The notes under the pieces were generated by a model. It had not been told where the DNA came from. It worked only from the letters and a program-made list of their open reading frames with translations, and searched no databases. A DNA stretch of 64,000 bases. Source: Octopus sinensis. Taxonomy: Eukaryota. Where the stretch lies: the NCBI RefSeq assembly GCF_006345805.1, contig NC_042998.1, positions 184,636,001 through 184,700,000 on the forward strand, read 5' to 3'. How positions within the stretch are numbered: the stretch's first letter is position 1; each line of letters starts with the position of its first letter. This document shows positions 1 through 12,927 of the stretch, one piece after another. A program made the position numbers and the translations under genes.

Positions 1-37
1 TCTTGTTGCTACGCAATTGGTTGTAAGGACCACATGA

Positions 38-130
38 AAGTGTTTTGGTCAGAAGAAACAAAAACAGCTAAACAGAAAGGCGAGTGGAAAACAGTAAGCA
101 GAGGTGGTGATAACATAGGCCTCTGATGCG
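38..130 (+). pseudogene. Tc1-family transposase fragment, highly decayed
   Basis: Manual translation KVFWSEETK...KTVSRGGDNIGL*C resembles the Tc1 motifs VLWSDETK and TVKHGGGNIMLWGC, with an internal deletion. Confidence 0.45.
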
Positions 131-1404
131 AAGACCATAGCTGCTTCAATCGTTTTCCTACATAGAAAATAACTCAGTATACTGTTAAGATCGTGCTTTG
201 TGCTATGTGAAAATTTTTTTTTAAATATAAGAAGTTCAAAAGTGAAGTAAATTGATTTGTCGTTATAATTGATTCGTCGTAAAAGAACAAGTCAAACTTT
301 TCGAGCAGCACAGGCCATTCTAAGTACTATTACTGGGTTCAGTGGATCCTACTATTCACAATTTAAATAGTTTGATCTATCTTAGTTCTGGCTATCGTAT
401 GTAAATTATATCTTTAGAAAATTATATCTTTAGATTGGGATTTAATTCACAAGCCTTGATTTTACACAAGTTCTCAGTTTTGTTTTCCTCTGACCACTTA
501 TCTCTAAGACATGCGCATGTCAATTTAAATTATATTTTAACTAATTTTTAGCAACGGCAGCCATACCGAAACGCAAGCTTTATCTCAAAATGATTAGGTT
601 CTCAGCGTTATATATATATATATCTTCTGTTTGTAATAATTATTTTTACTTTTATCTATAATGGAAAGTATATCTCAGAACTGCTTATGTGTTTCTCATT
701 GTACAATCTCTCATCATATATATTCTACCATTACTGACTCGTTTGTTTTCTCTTGTAAAGAGTTTTCCGATGTTCTGGGAATAAAATATTGTTTAGATGT
801 CCTCTTTTCCTTTGTAATCCCCGCGAAACATGCATGAAATATTATGTAAACAATAAAAAAGTAATTAGAGAAAAAGATAAATTCCAGATGAAAGGGTTGT
901 GCGATCTGATTTCAACATTCGGTTGAAAGCATTTTGCTTCATAGGCGTAGTTAATATCTATCGAGAAAAACAAAAAAATTCGTCTCTCAGGGAACACAAA
1001 CATGGTGTTCAGTAAAAAAAGTCTATCATCTACCACACAATATAGATCTAGAAGATAAGGCTTGATAGTAAAACGGCTTCATGATGTTTTAAACTCATGT
1101 TGCATAAACTGGTATTCGAATCCATATCATTAATAACTGACAGAAGTATGTGTGTCACTTAAGTTTTTACTAGATCTGTTAGTCTATCTTGTTGACGGGC
1201 TACACTATATGCTTCAAACTATTTAGACACCTAATAGCGAACCAAGCAAAACTTCCTGGGAAGGTATTCCAAAAAGCTAGTGTCTTGTCTATGGAAGTAT
1301 TTGACAACAGCTGTACAAAAAGCGTTTCCAAAGCCCGATGTGTTAGTTTCAATGCTGAGGGACTGTATTAAATAATATAAGGCAAAATCATGACCTTGAT
1401 AAAT

Positions 1405-1602
1405 ATTGATTTCAAATTTTGGGTCAAGGCCATCAAGTCCTGAGGAGGGTTTAAGTAGATTACATGAACCTCAGTGTTCAACCCCGAAAGGATGAAAAGC
1501 AAAGTCGATCTCGGCAAAATTTGTACTCAGAACGTAAAGACAGACGAAATGCCGCTAAGCATTTTTGTCCGGTCTGTTAACGATTCTGAAAGCACGCGCC
1601 TT
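1405..1602 (-). mobile_element. SINE family 1, decayed partial copy
   Basis: Matches the family motif ccccgaaaggatgaaa.gcaaagtcga..tcggc..aattt..actcagaacgtaaagacagacgaaat seen in more than 10 copies in the window. Confidence 0.8.
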
Positions 1603-2357
1603 GGCCTTGATGTATATTGCCAAAAGAATGCCAGTACATTGAAAACAACACTGCAAAACATTCTTTTTCTTTTCATTTGTTTTGAAATCTTTATGAAATG
1701 ATACATAGTAATAATCAAAAGAAGAAGAATGAACTGGAGAAGAAACAGATGAAAGAAGAGTGCGTGTATGATATCAACGTTTAACTGTTATTGTTAAATT
1801 ATCATTTAATCCTTCAAATATACTTGATCCAATAATTGAAATACACCCAAAACATAGAATAATTAAGATCCGCTAATTATTGTATGAAAGAATTTTCACG
1901 TGAGTCATTAAAGTATTATAAATTGTTAGTATACTTTTGTTAATACAACAAGAATACCTACACTGTGTTAAAAAGTACTTCGGTTGGTACAAAGTAATTT
2001 GGTGTGTAAATGTGGTTGAGGCGATTTAGTTGGTTGGTTTGGTGCTGCTACTTCAATGCAGCCCATCAGTACCCCAGGCTATGTTATATATACTGTGTAA
2101 ATTGTTGCTATATTATTGTTAGGTACGATAATTGCGCATCAAACGCTAGAGTATTATTGTAGTTGTTCTCATATATTTTCATACTATTCCGGATGGTGTA
2201 ATTAGGGCTCTGTATTGTTATATGTAATATGTATATAATTCCTCTTTCTCTATCAATCTCCCTGCGTATGCGTAGATAGATAGATAGATAGATAGAAAAA
2301 CAGATAGATAGCTAGATAAATAGATAGATATACAGACACACAGATATATATATATAT

Positions 2358-2414
<57 letters not shown>

Positions 2415-2515
2415 ATATATAAAATATTATTCGAGACAAAACCACTATTTTGCAAAACAAACAAGGAAAGACTTAATCAATACATAAAATTTTAATAAAT
2501 AGTCAAAAAAAACCG

Positions 2516-2558
2516 CCACTACAATCGTTTCTTGTCTTGATCGACAATCTTCAGGTGG
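2516..2558 (-). ncRNA. Minimal type I hammerhead ribozyme motif
   Basis: Reverse complement of the motif at 2630-2672. Confidence 0.8.
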
Positions 2559-2629
2559 ACTTCCAATAATTCAATAATTCAGTGTCAAATTATGAAGACT
2601 TCATAATTTGACACTGAATTATTGGAAGT

Positions 2630-2672
2630 CCACCTGAAGATTGTCGATCAAGACAAGAAACGATTGTAGTGG
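2630..2672 (+). ncRNA. Minimal type I hammerhead ribozyme motif
   Basis: ccac CTGAAGA ttgtc-gatcaa-gacaa GAAAC gatt GTA gtgg: stem I ccac/gtgg, complete core, 5-bp stem II, minimal stem III, GUA cleavage triplet. Confidence 0.85.
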
Positions 2673-2846
2673 CGGTTTTTTTGACTATTTATTAAAATTT
2701 TATGTATTGATTAAGTATTTCCTTGTTTGTTTTGCAAAATAGTGGTTTTGTCTCGAATAATATTTTATAATATTTTACTATAAAATCGATTTAATCCTAA
2801 ATCTGATTTTTTCCCTGTAAATTTGGATTTATTCCCTAATATTTAT

Positions 2847-2927
<81 letters not shown>

Positions 2928-3324
2928 AGATAGATTGATACAATAACTTTACGAGTGTGTTTCATACATAACACTGAAATATATAAATGTACACCATTGT
3001 TGAAAGCGTATGGGGGTTAGTTTTTGGACAAATCTGGTATGTAAAGGAGAATCCATTTGTAAACATGAGGTCATGTTAGTACCTAAAAGATATATAAGTA
3101 TAATTAGTTATTTTATAATTATTATAATTATTTGTTGTTTTAGAAAAAGGTTAGCCTTGAATGATCCGATCAGCTTTGACCATTTCGTCTTCTTTAAAAG
3201 CATATTATACTTACGATTGCATTGTTATTGGGTTAAATGTAGCTGCTGTTTCTTACAGATTCAGTTGCCAAGATAGTCATGCATAAAATGTAAATGATAC
3301 AGCTAAGCTTTATTAGAGTGATGT

Positions 3325-3410
<86 letters not shown>

Positions 3411-3930
3411 ATATATATGTATATGATTGAAACAATGCCTTGGGGCAATCAAAAGCGATAAAAATATCTTTAAAATGATAATTTTAATGTATCTTAATAA
3501 ATTTGCTGATTTCATTGTACATTTTTTTTTCTACATTTCTCATTCACCGCTATCAGACTCTAACCTAATTCTTTAAATCTAGATCGACTTCTTTCTCACA
3601 TTGGTCATTGTAAGAGAAAACAATAAGTGGAAAAAATAATATGAATAAAATTATATATAACTGCGATGATTTAGATATGTTTCGGTCCAAGATTGGCACA
3701 GGACATGTCTAATTTAATAGCATCTCTGAACGCTTCTGTTAACTCATTTTAAAGTCAAATTTTGTAGCATCACGGACCATTCAAGTACGGAGTTGTTGTT
3801 GACTGAAACGTATCCAGGTACAAGTGACTTATCTTACCCTTAAAGGAATTTGTTCGAGTTTCGTTTGAATGTGATGGGATCTGTTTTCATCTCTGATATA
3901 TACATACTTATATACATATATACATACACA

Positions 3931-3971
<41 letters not shown>

Positions 3972-3985
3972 ACACACACACACAA

Positions 3986-4028
<43 letters not shown>

Positions 4029-4297
4029 ACTCCAAGAAAGTTAGGAGTTGTGGGTCCAACTCACTAAGGGATAATATCTATCCAATATACTGCTGATATA
4101 ATACCCAATTATTAATACACAAGTGTTTTTAATTGCACTGCAATTAACTTACCTATTGTATCAAATGGGTGAAGGTAACGAGATACTATATGTTTGTATG
4201 TTGTTATGGTTGTCGTTTTGATAAATAAATAAGTTAACATTTTAATGTCCTAAAGTTTATGAACGAACTATTGTGCTTCTCCATTTTCTTATTTGCA

Positions 4298-4364
<67 letters not shown>

Positions 4365-4382
4365 TGTATGCATATATGTATA

Positions 4383-4415
<33 letters not shown>

Positions 4416-4699
4416 ATGTATATATGTATGAGTGTATGTATGTATGAAAATTACATTAACCAGAAGATAACCACACAAGGAGGATTATGTATTTATGAAA
4501 ACAATAATTTACTAAATTACGAGTGATATATAGTGGAGTTGATTCAGATATATATTCCACACCCGTCAAAAGTAGTGACATGGGTTATAAGAATTAAACT
4601 TTGATATATACCGTTTCTCTTTAACAAATAACACGTAAACAAGGATGGATGGATGATACGTATCAGGTGAACAAATAAGTAACAGAAAACTTAAGGAAC

Positions 4700-4908
4700 A
4701 TATACATACATACATACACACATACATACATATATACATACATACATACATACATACATACATACATACACACACACATACATACATACATACATACATA
4801 CATACATACATACATACATACATACACACACATACATACATGCATACATACATACATACATACATACATACATACATACATACATACATACATACATACA
4901 TACATACA

Positions 4909-4956
<48 letters not shown>

Positions 4957-4968
4957 GATAGATAGATA
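4700..4968. repeat. (TACA)n/(TA)n/(GATA)n microsatellite, one of dozens in the window
   Basis: Directly visible. Confidence 0.95.
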
Positions 4969-5312
4969 AGATAATGTACGCCTGCTGCTGAATAAAGAAA
5001 CTGATATTGTACACCACTAGAATAGTGCTAAACATTACAGAATATAGGGAATTGCAATATTATACTAATTATAGTTAGTATATTTAATTCAGCACAAAGG
5101 AGGAATATTTATAATTATATATGTCGACCAACATTCTCTCACATATACATACATAAATACATACATGCGTACATACATATATATACATATATAAACACGC
5201 ACGCATACAGCCACACAGATTAATCTAATTTATAAAATTACAGAAAATATAGCTCTTCGTAAATATTTTGGTTCTCTTTCACGTTGTTTCCGTAATAGCA
5301 ATCATACCATAT

Positions 5313-5361
<49 letters not shown>

Positions 5362-5406
5362 GTGTGTACCTATATGTGCGTGTGTCTATATGTAATTATA
5401 TATATA

Positions 5407-5458
<52 letters not shown>

Positions 5459-5464
5459 ATATAT

Positions 5465-5523
<59 letters not shown>

Positions 5524-5654
5524 ATAATATATATATATATACATATCATATACATACACACATGTATACATATATACATATACATGCAAATATATATATA
5601 ATATATATATTATATATATATATATATACATATGTATACATACATAATATATTC

Positions 5655-5870
5655 TTTTGTTCTTTTATTCTTTTGCTTGTTTCGGTAATTTGACTGCGGC
5701 CATGCTGGAGCACCGTCTTTAGTCGAACAAATCGACCACAGGACATTCTTTGTAAACTTATCCTATCGGTCTCCTGTGCCGAACCGCTAAGTTACAAGGA
5801 CGTAAACACACAAGCATCGGTTGTCAAGTGATGGTAGGGGGTTCAAACACAGACACATAAACATACAAAC
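5655..5870 (-). mobile_element. SINE family 2, 3' part
   Basis: tgactgcggccatgctggagcaccg...gccgaaccgctaagttac, homologous to 34963-35165. Confidence 0.8.
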
Positions 5871-5955
5871 ACAGATATATATAAATACCAATGATGATTC
5901 ATTTCAGTGATTCTTTCTAGCAATGACTTTGCTTTGTATACGAGAAAGCAGCTAA

Positions 5956-6001
<46 letters not shown>

Positions 6002-6992
6002 ACACACACACACACGCACACGCCCACGCATTCATTTATAGACATATGTATTCATAGACGTTTGCAAATCTGTTGTATGATACATCTATTTAAAGGATGC
6101 ACTACAAAGTGCATCCCTTAGCTCGCAAAATACTAGGAAAATGCATTGCACATATCTGGATGTAACCTAAACCGTTTGGAAAAATGCGAGGAACTTTTGT
6201 AGTCTTCACGATATTTGCTTCTCTCTTTATCTAGGATCAGATTGTTGTAACTTTCCTGAACTACGTGTCATTTTTTTTTTGTATATATCGTAAACTGTAC
6301 TTAACTTTTCATCCATTGATCTTCGTAAAAGCATGAGACATCGTTGACATGGTCCAGCTGTTGTTGTGTCATGCACCTTATAACGTCCCAGATATATTTA
6401 CGCTCCGAACACCAAAGGGACTTCATGGCACTTGTATTGTGTTGAATCTTCCAACAGTATAAGATTACATTTCTTTTCTCACCTGTCAATTAAACTCCTT
6501 ATCTCCCTTCTTCCTTCTTCCACTTAACCTTTTATTCTCCACCACTTGTGATCCTCCCCCCAACTTTCATGCTTTTTAGTTCGTTTCTTTCTTCCTATCC
6601 TTTCCTCTCGTCTCCTTCTATCTTCATTGTTCTTGTCCCCGTAGTTTCTGCCTCCCCTTAATCTTTTTATTTCTCTATATTTTTTTTAAATATTTTCTTT
6701 TTGGCGAAAAAACTGTTTTCATTCTGCGCTTTTCCCTCCTCTCCTGCATATGTAGATATACGTACATACATACATACATACATACATACATACATACATA
6801 CATACATACATAATACATACATACATACATACATACATATATGAATACACACTCACATATATATATATACATATTATGTATTTATATATATATATATATA
6901 TTATATATATATAAGGTGGTGTGTGTGTGTGTTTACGTATGTATATATTTATATATATGTGAGTATACATACATATATATAAGTATTTGTGT

Positions 6993-7067
<75 letters not shown>

Positions 7068-7584
7068 GTTATATTTATGTATATCTGTATGCTTGCTGTG
7101 TGTGCATTATGTATAATTACATAAACACATATATGTGTGTGTGTATGTATGTATTAATGTTGTCGTGTGTAATGTTATATGTGTAATACTTGTCTTTGCA
7201 CCTCCATAATATATAGGTGTCTTTATACGTAAGTCGTAACTTTTATACGATATATTTTTATACTTCTTACTTATTGTTTCTTCTTTTTTTTATCATATTT
7301 CACGTTGAATTAAATGCTTTTTAATACCTTATGTCTTTCTTTTGTTATTCTGTTCTTTCTGCTATTCTCATAATTCGTTCGAAGATATGCTCGATCAAAT
7401 TCGATCTAATTCTACAGCACTTAAAGCACTATATACACTTATTCACACACAAATATTTACACATCAACTGTCATCGGCCTCTGTGTGTTTTTTTTTCTCT
7501 CTGTTTCTCTGTCAAATGCATATATATATATTATATATATATATATACATATATATAGATATATATATATATATATATATTATA

Positions 7585-7617
<33 letters not shown>

Positions 7618-7658
7618 CTATCTATCTATCTATATAAATATATATATATATGTGTGTG

Positions 7659-7765
<107 letters not shown>

Positions 7766-7852
7766 ATATGTATATGTGTGCGTGTTAAATAAAATGAGAC
7801 AACAAAACCAAGGCAATGTGAAATTTCTAGAACGTTTATAAAGAGAAAGGTA

Positions 7853-7900
7853 GTCTTACACTTGTTTCAAGGATATAAAGTATATACCATCATCAGAGTC
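7853..7900 (-). ncRNA. Hammerhead motif, degenerate
   Basis: Reverse complement reads gact CTGATGA tggtatatactttatatcctt GAAAC aagt GTA agac; stem I partly broken. Confidence 0.5.
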
Positions 7901-8082
7901 TAGAGTTAAATAGAAGGTAATAGTAGAGTTCACCATAAGAAGTTATTTTAGTAAGGGAGAGATGTAAGAAGTATACAAGGGAAATATGTGAATAAAAAAT
8001 ATACTTCTTATATCTCACCCTTTTCAAAATAACTTCTTATAACTGAACTCTACTATTTCCTTCTATTTAACTCTCTCATATC

Positions 8083-8130
8083 GTCCCTGACGATGGGATA
8101 TCTTTTACACCCCCGAAACAGCTGTAAGAC
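8083..8130 (+). ncRNA. Minimal type I hammerhead motif
   Basis: gtcc CTGACGA tgggatatcttttacacccccc-like stem II GAAAC agct GTA agac; palindromic stem III ACAGCTGT. Confidence 0.65.
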
Positions 8131-8752
8131 TACTTTTCTCATTATAAATGTCCTAGAGGTTTCACACTACTTTGGCTTTGTTGTCTCATTTTATTGAACA
8201 TATGCACGCTCACACACGACCCGCATTATACTCCTCACTCATACTGTTATCGATCCGGGAGTTTAATAGTGGTTCTTCCGTAACCTTTACTAACTTTTGG
8301 GTCTTCTAGATACAAAACTTCTCTCTCTCTCTCTCTCTCGCACACACACATATATATGCACACTATAACATATATATATATTAATATATATATATATATA
8401 ATATATATATAAAATTTGTTATTATTTCTGCCTAGTTGAATGACCACATAGAGGCTTTTTCGTTAACTCCGTATGAGGCTGAGTATAGTAATAACTTCCT
8501 AATTGTTTTTATCCTGTTGATTTCACAGAAGAATTTAAAAATTCAGCCCTACTGCTTAATGAAACATTTTATTTATTGTAGGGTAGTACTTCTCCAGAGA
8601 GGAGAGAAAAATGAGAAAGGGAGACGGGGAGGGAAAGATAATAAACAAAAAGATAGATAGATAAAGAGTAAGAGAGGGGAAAGGGAGAGAGAGAAAGAGA
8701 GAGATGTGTGAAACAGGGAATGAGAGAAAAGGTAAGCAGTGAAATACTTAGA

Positions 8753-8805
<53 letters not shown>

Positions 8806-8988
8806 TATTATATATAATATATTAGGGAATAAATCCAAATTTACAGGGAAAAAATCAGATTTAGGATTAATCCAATTTTATAGTAAAATATTATAAAATA
8901 TTATTAGAGACAAAACCACTATTTTGCAAAACAAACAAGGAAAGACTTAATCAATACATAAAATTTTAATAAATAGTCAAAAAAACCG

Positions 8989-9031
8989 CCACTACAATTG
9001 TTTCTTGTCTTGATCGACAATCTTCAGGTGG
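8989..9031 (-). ncRNA. Minimal type I hammerhead motif
   Basis: Reverse complement of ccac CTGAAGA ttgtcgatcaagacaa GAAAC aatt GTA gtgg. Confidence 0.8.
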
Positions 9032-9174
9032 ACTTCCAATAAGTCAGTTTCAAATTATGAATTAAAAATTCAGCCCTACTGCTTAATGAAACATTTTATT
9101 TATTGTAGGGTAGTACAATTTACTCTTAGCATTTCTGAGAAAAACTTCATAATTTGAACTGACTTATTGGAAGT

Positions 9175-9217
9175 CCACCTGAAGATTGTCGATCAAGACA
9201 AGAAACAATTGTAGTGG
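9175..9217 (+). ncRNA. Minimal type I hammerhead motif
   Basis: ccac CTGAAGA ttgtc gatcaa gacaa GAAAC aatt GTA gtgg; stem III is the palindrome ACAATTGT. Confidence 0.85.
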
Positions 9218-9385
9218 CGGTTTTTTGACTATTATTAAAATTTTATGTATTGATTAAGTCTTTCCTTGTTTTGTTTTGCAAAATAGTGGTTTTGTCTCTA
9301 ATAATATTTTATATATATATATATGTATATATATACATACATACATTATATATCATATATAATATATATATATATATATATTATA

Positions 9386-9422
<37 letters not shown>

Positions 9423-9433
9423 ATATATATATA

Positions 9434-9498
<65 letters not shown>

Positions 9499-9571
9499 CA
9501 TGCATATATATATATTGCTAGATAGGGTTGGAAATTGGTGCTATGTTAAAAATGAACGCAATATTTTTTTA

Positions 9572-10119
9572 GGATCTTTACCTTTTGACCGACAGATTTA
9601 AAAAATAATTTTTTGTAACCAAACACTTTCAAACTTCGAACACTGGTAGAATGTGCCATATAAAACATCTTTTACTCTTAGCATTTCTGAGAAAAACTTA
9701 TATTTAGGATGTTATTTCATGTTAAAGTTGTTGTATTTCGGTAATTTCAACCAATCAATGGCGTGTATTCAGCTGAATAGAATTACTACCGTTGTTTGTC
9801 AACAACAACTATCGGTGGTGTATTTTTCGTTTGTCACTGTTATTTATTACAGCGCTCGTGCGTTTGTTTTGGTTTTTGCTTTAAGGTTTTAGGGTTAGGG
9901 TTAAGGATTTTTATTCAGCTGAATACACGTTATTAATTGGATGAAATTACCGAAATACTACAACTTTAACGTGAAATAACTTCCTAAATATAAGCTTTTC
10001 TCAAAAATGCTAAGAGTAAAAGATGTTTTATACGACACATACTACTAGTGTCCGAAGTTTGAAAGCGTTTAGTTACGAAAAATTATTTTAAAAATCTGTC
10101 GGTCAAAAGGTAAAGATCC
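9572..10119. mobile_element. Mutator-like (MULE) MITE/foldback
   Basis: ~210-bp TIRs starting GGATCTTTACCTTTTGACCGACAGA and ending TCTGTCGGTCAAAAGGTAAAGATCC; 9-bp TSD ATTTTTTTA at 9563-9571 and 10120-10128. Confidence 0.85.
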
Positions 10120-11077
10120 ATTTTTTTAATTTATGAAACAATATTTTAAAAAAGTTATTCACTCTGGAATTTAGATTGCGAATATTGCTTCTCAGAAAAA
10201 GATGTCAGAAAAACTAGGATTTTGTGACGTTAAACTCTCAAGTAAAGAATATGAGAAAAAGATTCTGAGTTCTGGTGCCTATTCTCGATATTTTGGTGTA
10301 TTAAAGCTTGCAGAATTAAGTGTCATAGCAACCATTCTTTGTTCGTTCTCTGCTTCTCAGAAATTAAAGATTGAAAATTCTTTTCTCAATAAGTCCAATT
10401 TATTTTTTCCTAAAAAGCTTTCTGCGCCCTGCAGCTATATTGAATATTTTTCCATTGTACATAACTATATAATGCGAATTAAAGAATCTGTTCTGAAATT
10501 ATACTTTTCTGTATAATTTAGTGTTTAGTAAAATGATATAATATTGTCCTGAAAACCTTATATTCTATAAAATTATTACGAATAATTGAAGTTTTCGAAC
10601 TTTTGTACATATCTTTATGTTTCCATTCAATCTATCTGTATTTAACCTTTATATGTCACACTGCATACGTCAGACAACTATAAAGTAGAACCTCAATTAG
10701 TTTTCCAAAATGGAGAATAGAATTGTGAAAGAAAAAATAAGTAGAAGGAAAATGGCTGTGAGGTATTGTCAGTGAAAATTTTTATTATGATATTTTATTT
10801 CTCTTTGAAATGTAATTTCATTTCATTATCAAACTAAGTTTGGTGAAATGAATTATTACTCAATTTATAAGGACTATTTCAGTAAATTTTTCTATAAGGA
10901 CTTGTAGAGATTTTATGTCAATCCCAATAATGGAGTCATGTATGAAAATTTGACCTTTAATATTGGCAATTCTTGTTTCCTATTAAAGCTACCAATTTTT
11001 TCATAAGAAAAGTATGTGCATCGGATTTTCTCAACAAATTAGATCGGAAAATAAAGAGAGCTAAATTATATATATAT

Positions 11078-11362
11078 ATATTTTTCAGAATGAGATAAAA
11101 ATCGAAGGCTGTGAAAGATTTTAGAACATTTACAAGTAGATCTTACAGCTGTTTCCGGGATATTTTATATATCCCTTCATCGGAGACGGTGTGAGAAAAT
11201 GGTTAAGCAATAGTTAATTTAGATAAGATATGAAATAGAGAGTGAAGTGGAAGAATGAAAATAGATGTGAGATATGCAGGGATACAGCTGTAAGACCTTC
11301 TATTTATAAACGCTCTAAAATCTTTCACAGCCTTGGACTTTTTATCTCATTCTGAAAAAAAT
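11078..11362. mobile_element. Inverted-repeat HHR element, family B copy 2
   Basis: Arms 11081-11152 and 11284-11360 (ttttcagaatgagataaaa / ttttatctcattctgaaaa); TA flanks; related to 7783-8200. Confidence 0.75.
11140..11187 (-). ncRNA. Hammerhead motif with C4 variant
   Basis: Reverse complement reads gtct CCGATGA a gggatat ataaa atatccc g GAAAC agct GTA aga. Confidence 0.65.
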
Positions 11363-11364
11363 TA

Positions 11365-11400
<36 letters not shown>

Positions 11401-11504
11401 TGTATGTATGTATGTATGTATGTATGTATATATATATATATATATATAGCTTAATATAAAAGTGTATGTATATATATATATATAGCTTAATATAAAAGTG
11501 TATG

Positions 11505-11567
<63 letters not shown>

Positions 11568-11590
11568 TATATAGCTTAATATAATATATG

Positions 11591-11632
<42 letters not shown>

Positions 11633-11724
11633 GATTTCGGCTTGAATTGGTCCAGGTCATGAGTTAATATCACCAACTAAGAAGATATTTCTACATGTTT
11701 CATGTTACAGTCATACATTTGGTA

Positions 11725-12100
11725 CCATAGTATATTCGAGTAAAGAGTTATTGTTAGCAAATGTATATCCAGGTGTAGGCGGTTTATCAGGAATTTGTTG
11801 GAAGTATTCATTCAGGAGTTACCAGCTTGAATAGCAACTATATTTAACTTTCAAGTACTAGGAGATGTAAAATTCTCTTCCGTAATCTATTAGGGAACTA
11901 TATAATTGGTTCGAGACTAGCTATCAATGTTGAGTTTGTATCTCCATAGGCTAACAAAATAATATCTTGTGGAGTGCTTCAATGATGTGGACAACGTTGG
12001 GTATTTTAATGATCTCGATTTTTCTCAGAACACTTTTATATTAAGCTACAAAATGACGAGATAATATGAGTCAAAGAAAATCAACTACGATCTTAGTATT
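11725..12100 (-). mobile_element. CR1-group LINE 3' end remnant
   Basis: Minus-strand translation LNEYFQQIPDKPPTPGYTFANNNSLLEY resembles the C-terminus of invertebrate CR1-type ORF2; upstream limit approximate. Confidence 0.5.
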
Positions 12101-12837
12101 GAATAGGCGTGTAAAACGGAGTGCCACAGTTTAACGTAACTGACGCTCACCGGAAGAAATATACTTGTAATAGAGTCATAGATAGAAATACAACAATGAT
12201 GAGTTAGAGCTCCCCCTTCAAAATAAGATAAATTACGATGTCATGAAATAGCCATATCTCTCATAGTTATCATATCTATATTTATGAGAAAAGAGTTTGT
12301 AACTTTGAAATAGGGAAGTTATAACTTTAGCTATCAGCAATAAGGAACGTTACACATTTTCTTTGCCTGAGTAAATCACGAAGATGAATAATCGCCTTGA
12401 CGTTGTAGTCCCATTAAATAACGTGGAAATCCCTTACTGTGCTTGACTAAATACATTGCCGCAGGAGCGTTATTATAAAGTATTATAATTGGTGCTATAT
12501 TGTATAAATATGTGGATATTGGAGTTGCATGAAACAGTTTCAAGGAATACAAAGAAACGCAATGTAATTTGTTCTTTGATACAGCACACAAGCATACAAA
12601 ATGTTTATGTGAGAATTGTAGCGGGTATACTTATATGTAGATGTGTGTGTGTGTGTATGTGAGCGTGTGTCTGTGTGTGTGTGAGCGAGTGTGTGTGTGT
12701 GTCAGAATGACGATAACGACATCTGTGCGTGCACCTGCACACATATACAGATACGCAGAAGTACAAAGAAACACATGATCGTGGGCCGAACCTCTGTATG
12801 ATGGGATGAAGAGTGTCATTTCACTACAATACCCCAC

Positions 12838-12917
<80 letters not shown>

Positions 12918-12927
12918 ACTACTGCTG
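12838..12927. repeat. (CTA)n(CTG)n microsatellite
   Basis: Directly visible. Confidence 0.95.

Larger units (their letters stand above)
2417..2850. mobile_element. Palindromic Penelope-like non-autonomous element, family A copy 1, in (TA)n
   Basis: Near-perfect inverted repeat 2417-2767 centred at ~2598, plus an ~85-bp tail on the right arm; (TA)n on both sides; second copy at 8815-9313. Confidence 0.85.
7783..8200. mobile_element. Diverged inverted-repeat HHR element, family B copy 1
   Basis: Arms ~7783-7975 and ~8000-8200 are imperfect reverse complements (aataaaatgagacaacaaa / tttgttgtctcattttatt); next to (TA)n. Confidence 0.75.
8815..9313. mobile_element. Palindromic HHR element, family A copy 2 (flipped), with templated inserts in the loop
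   Basis: Arms ~8890-9061 and 9145-9313, tail 8815-8890, (TA)n flanks; highly similar to 2417-2850. Confidence 0.85.

Noticed and set aside
1150-1350. Possible Tc1 transposase C-terminus on the minus strand
   Set aside because: Similarity too weak and needs several frameshifts
11440-11590. Short tandem units inside TA runs (also 41060-41112) and frequent TT/AA phase shifts in (TA)n
   Set aside because: Explained by microsatellite slippage or long-read consensus errors
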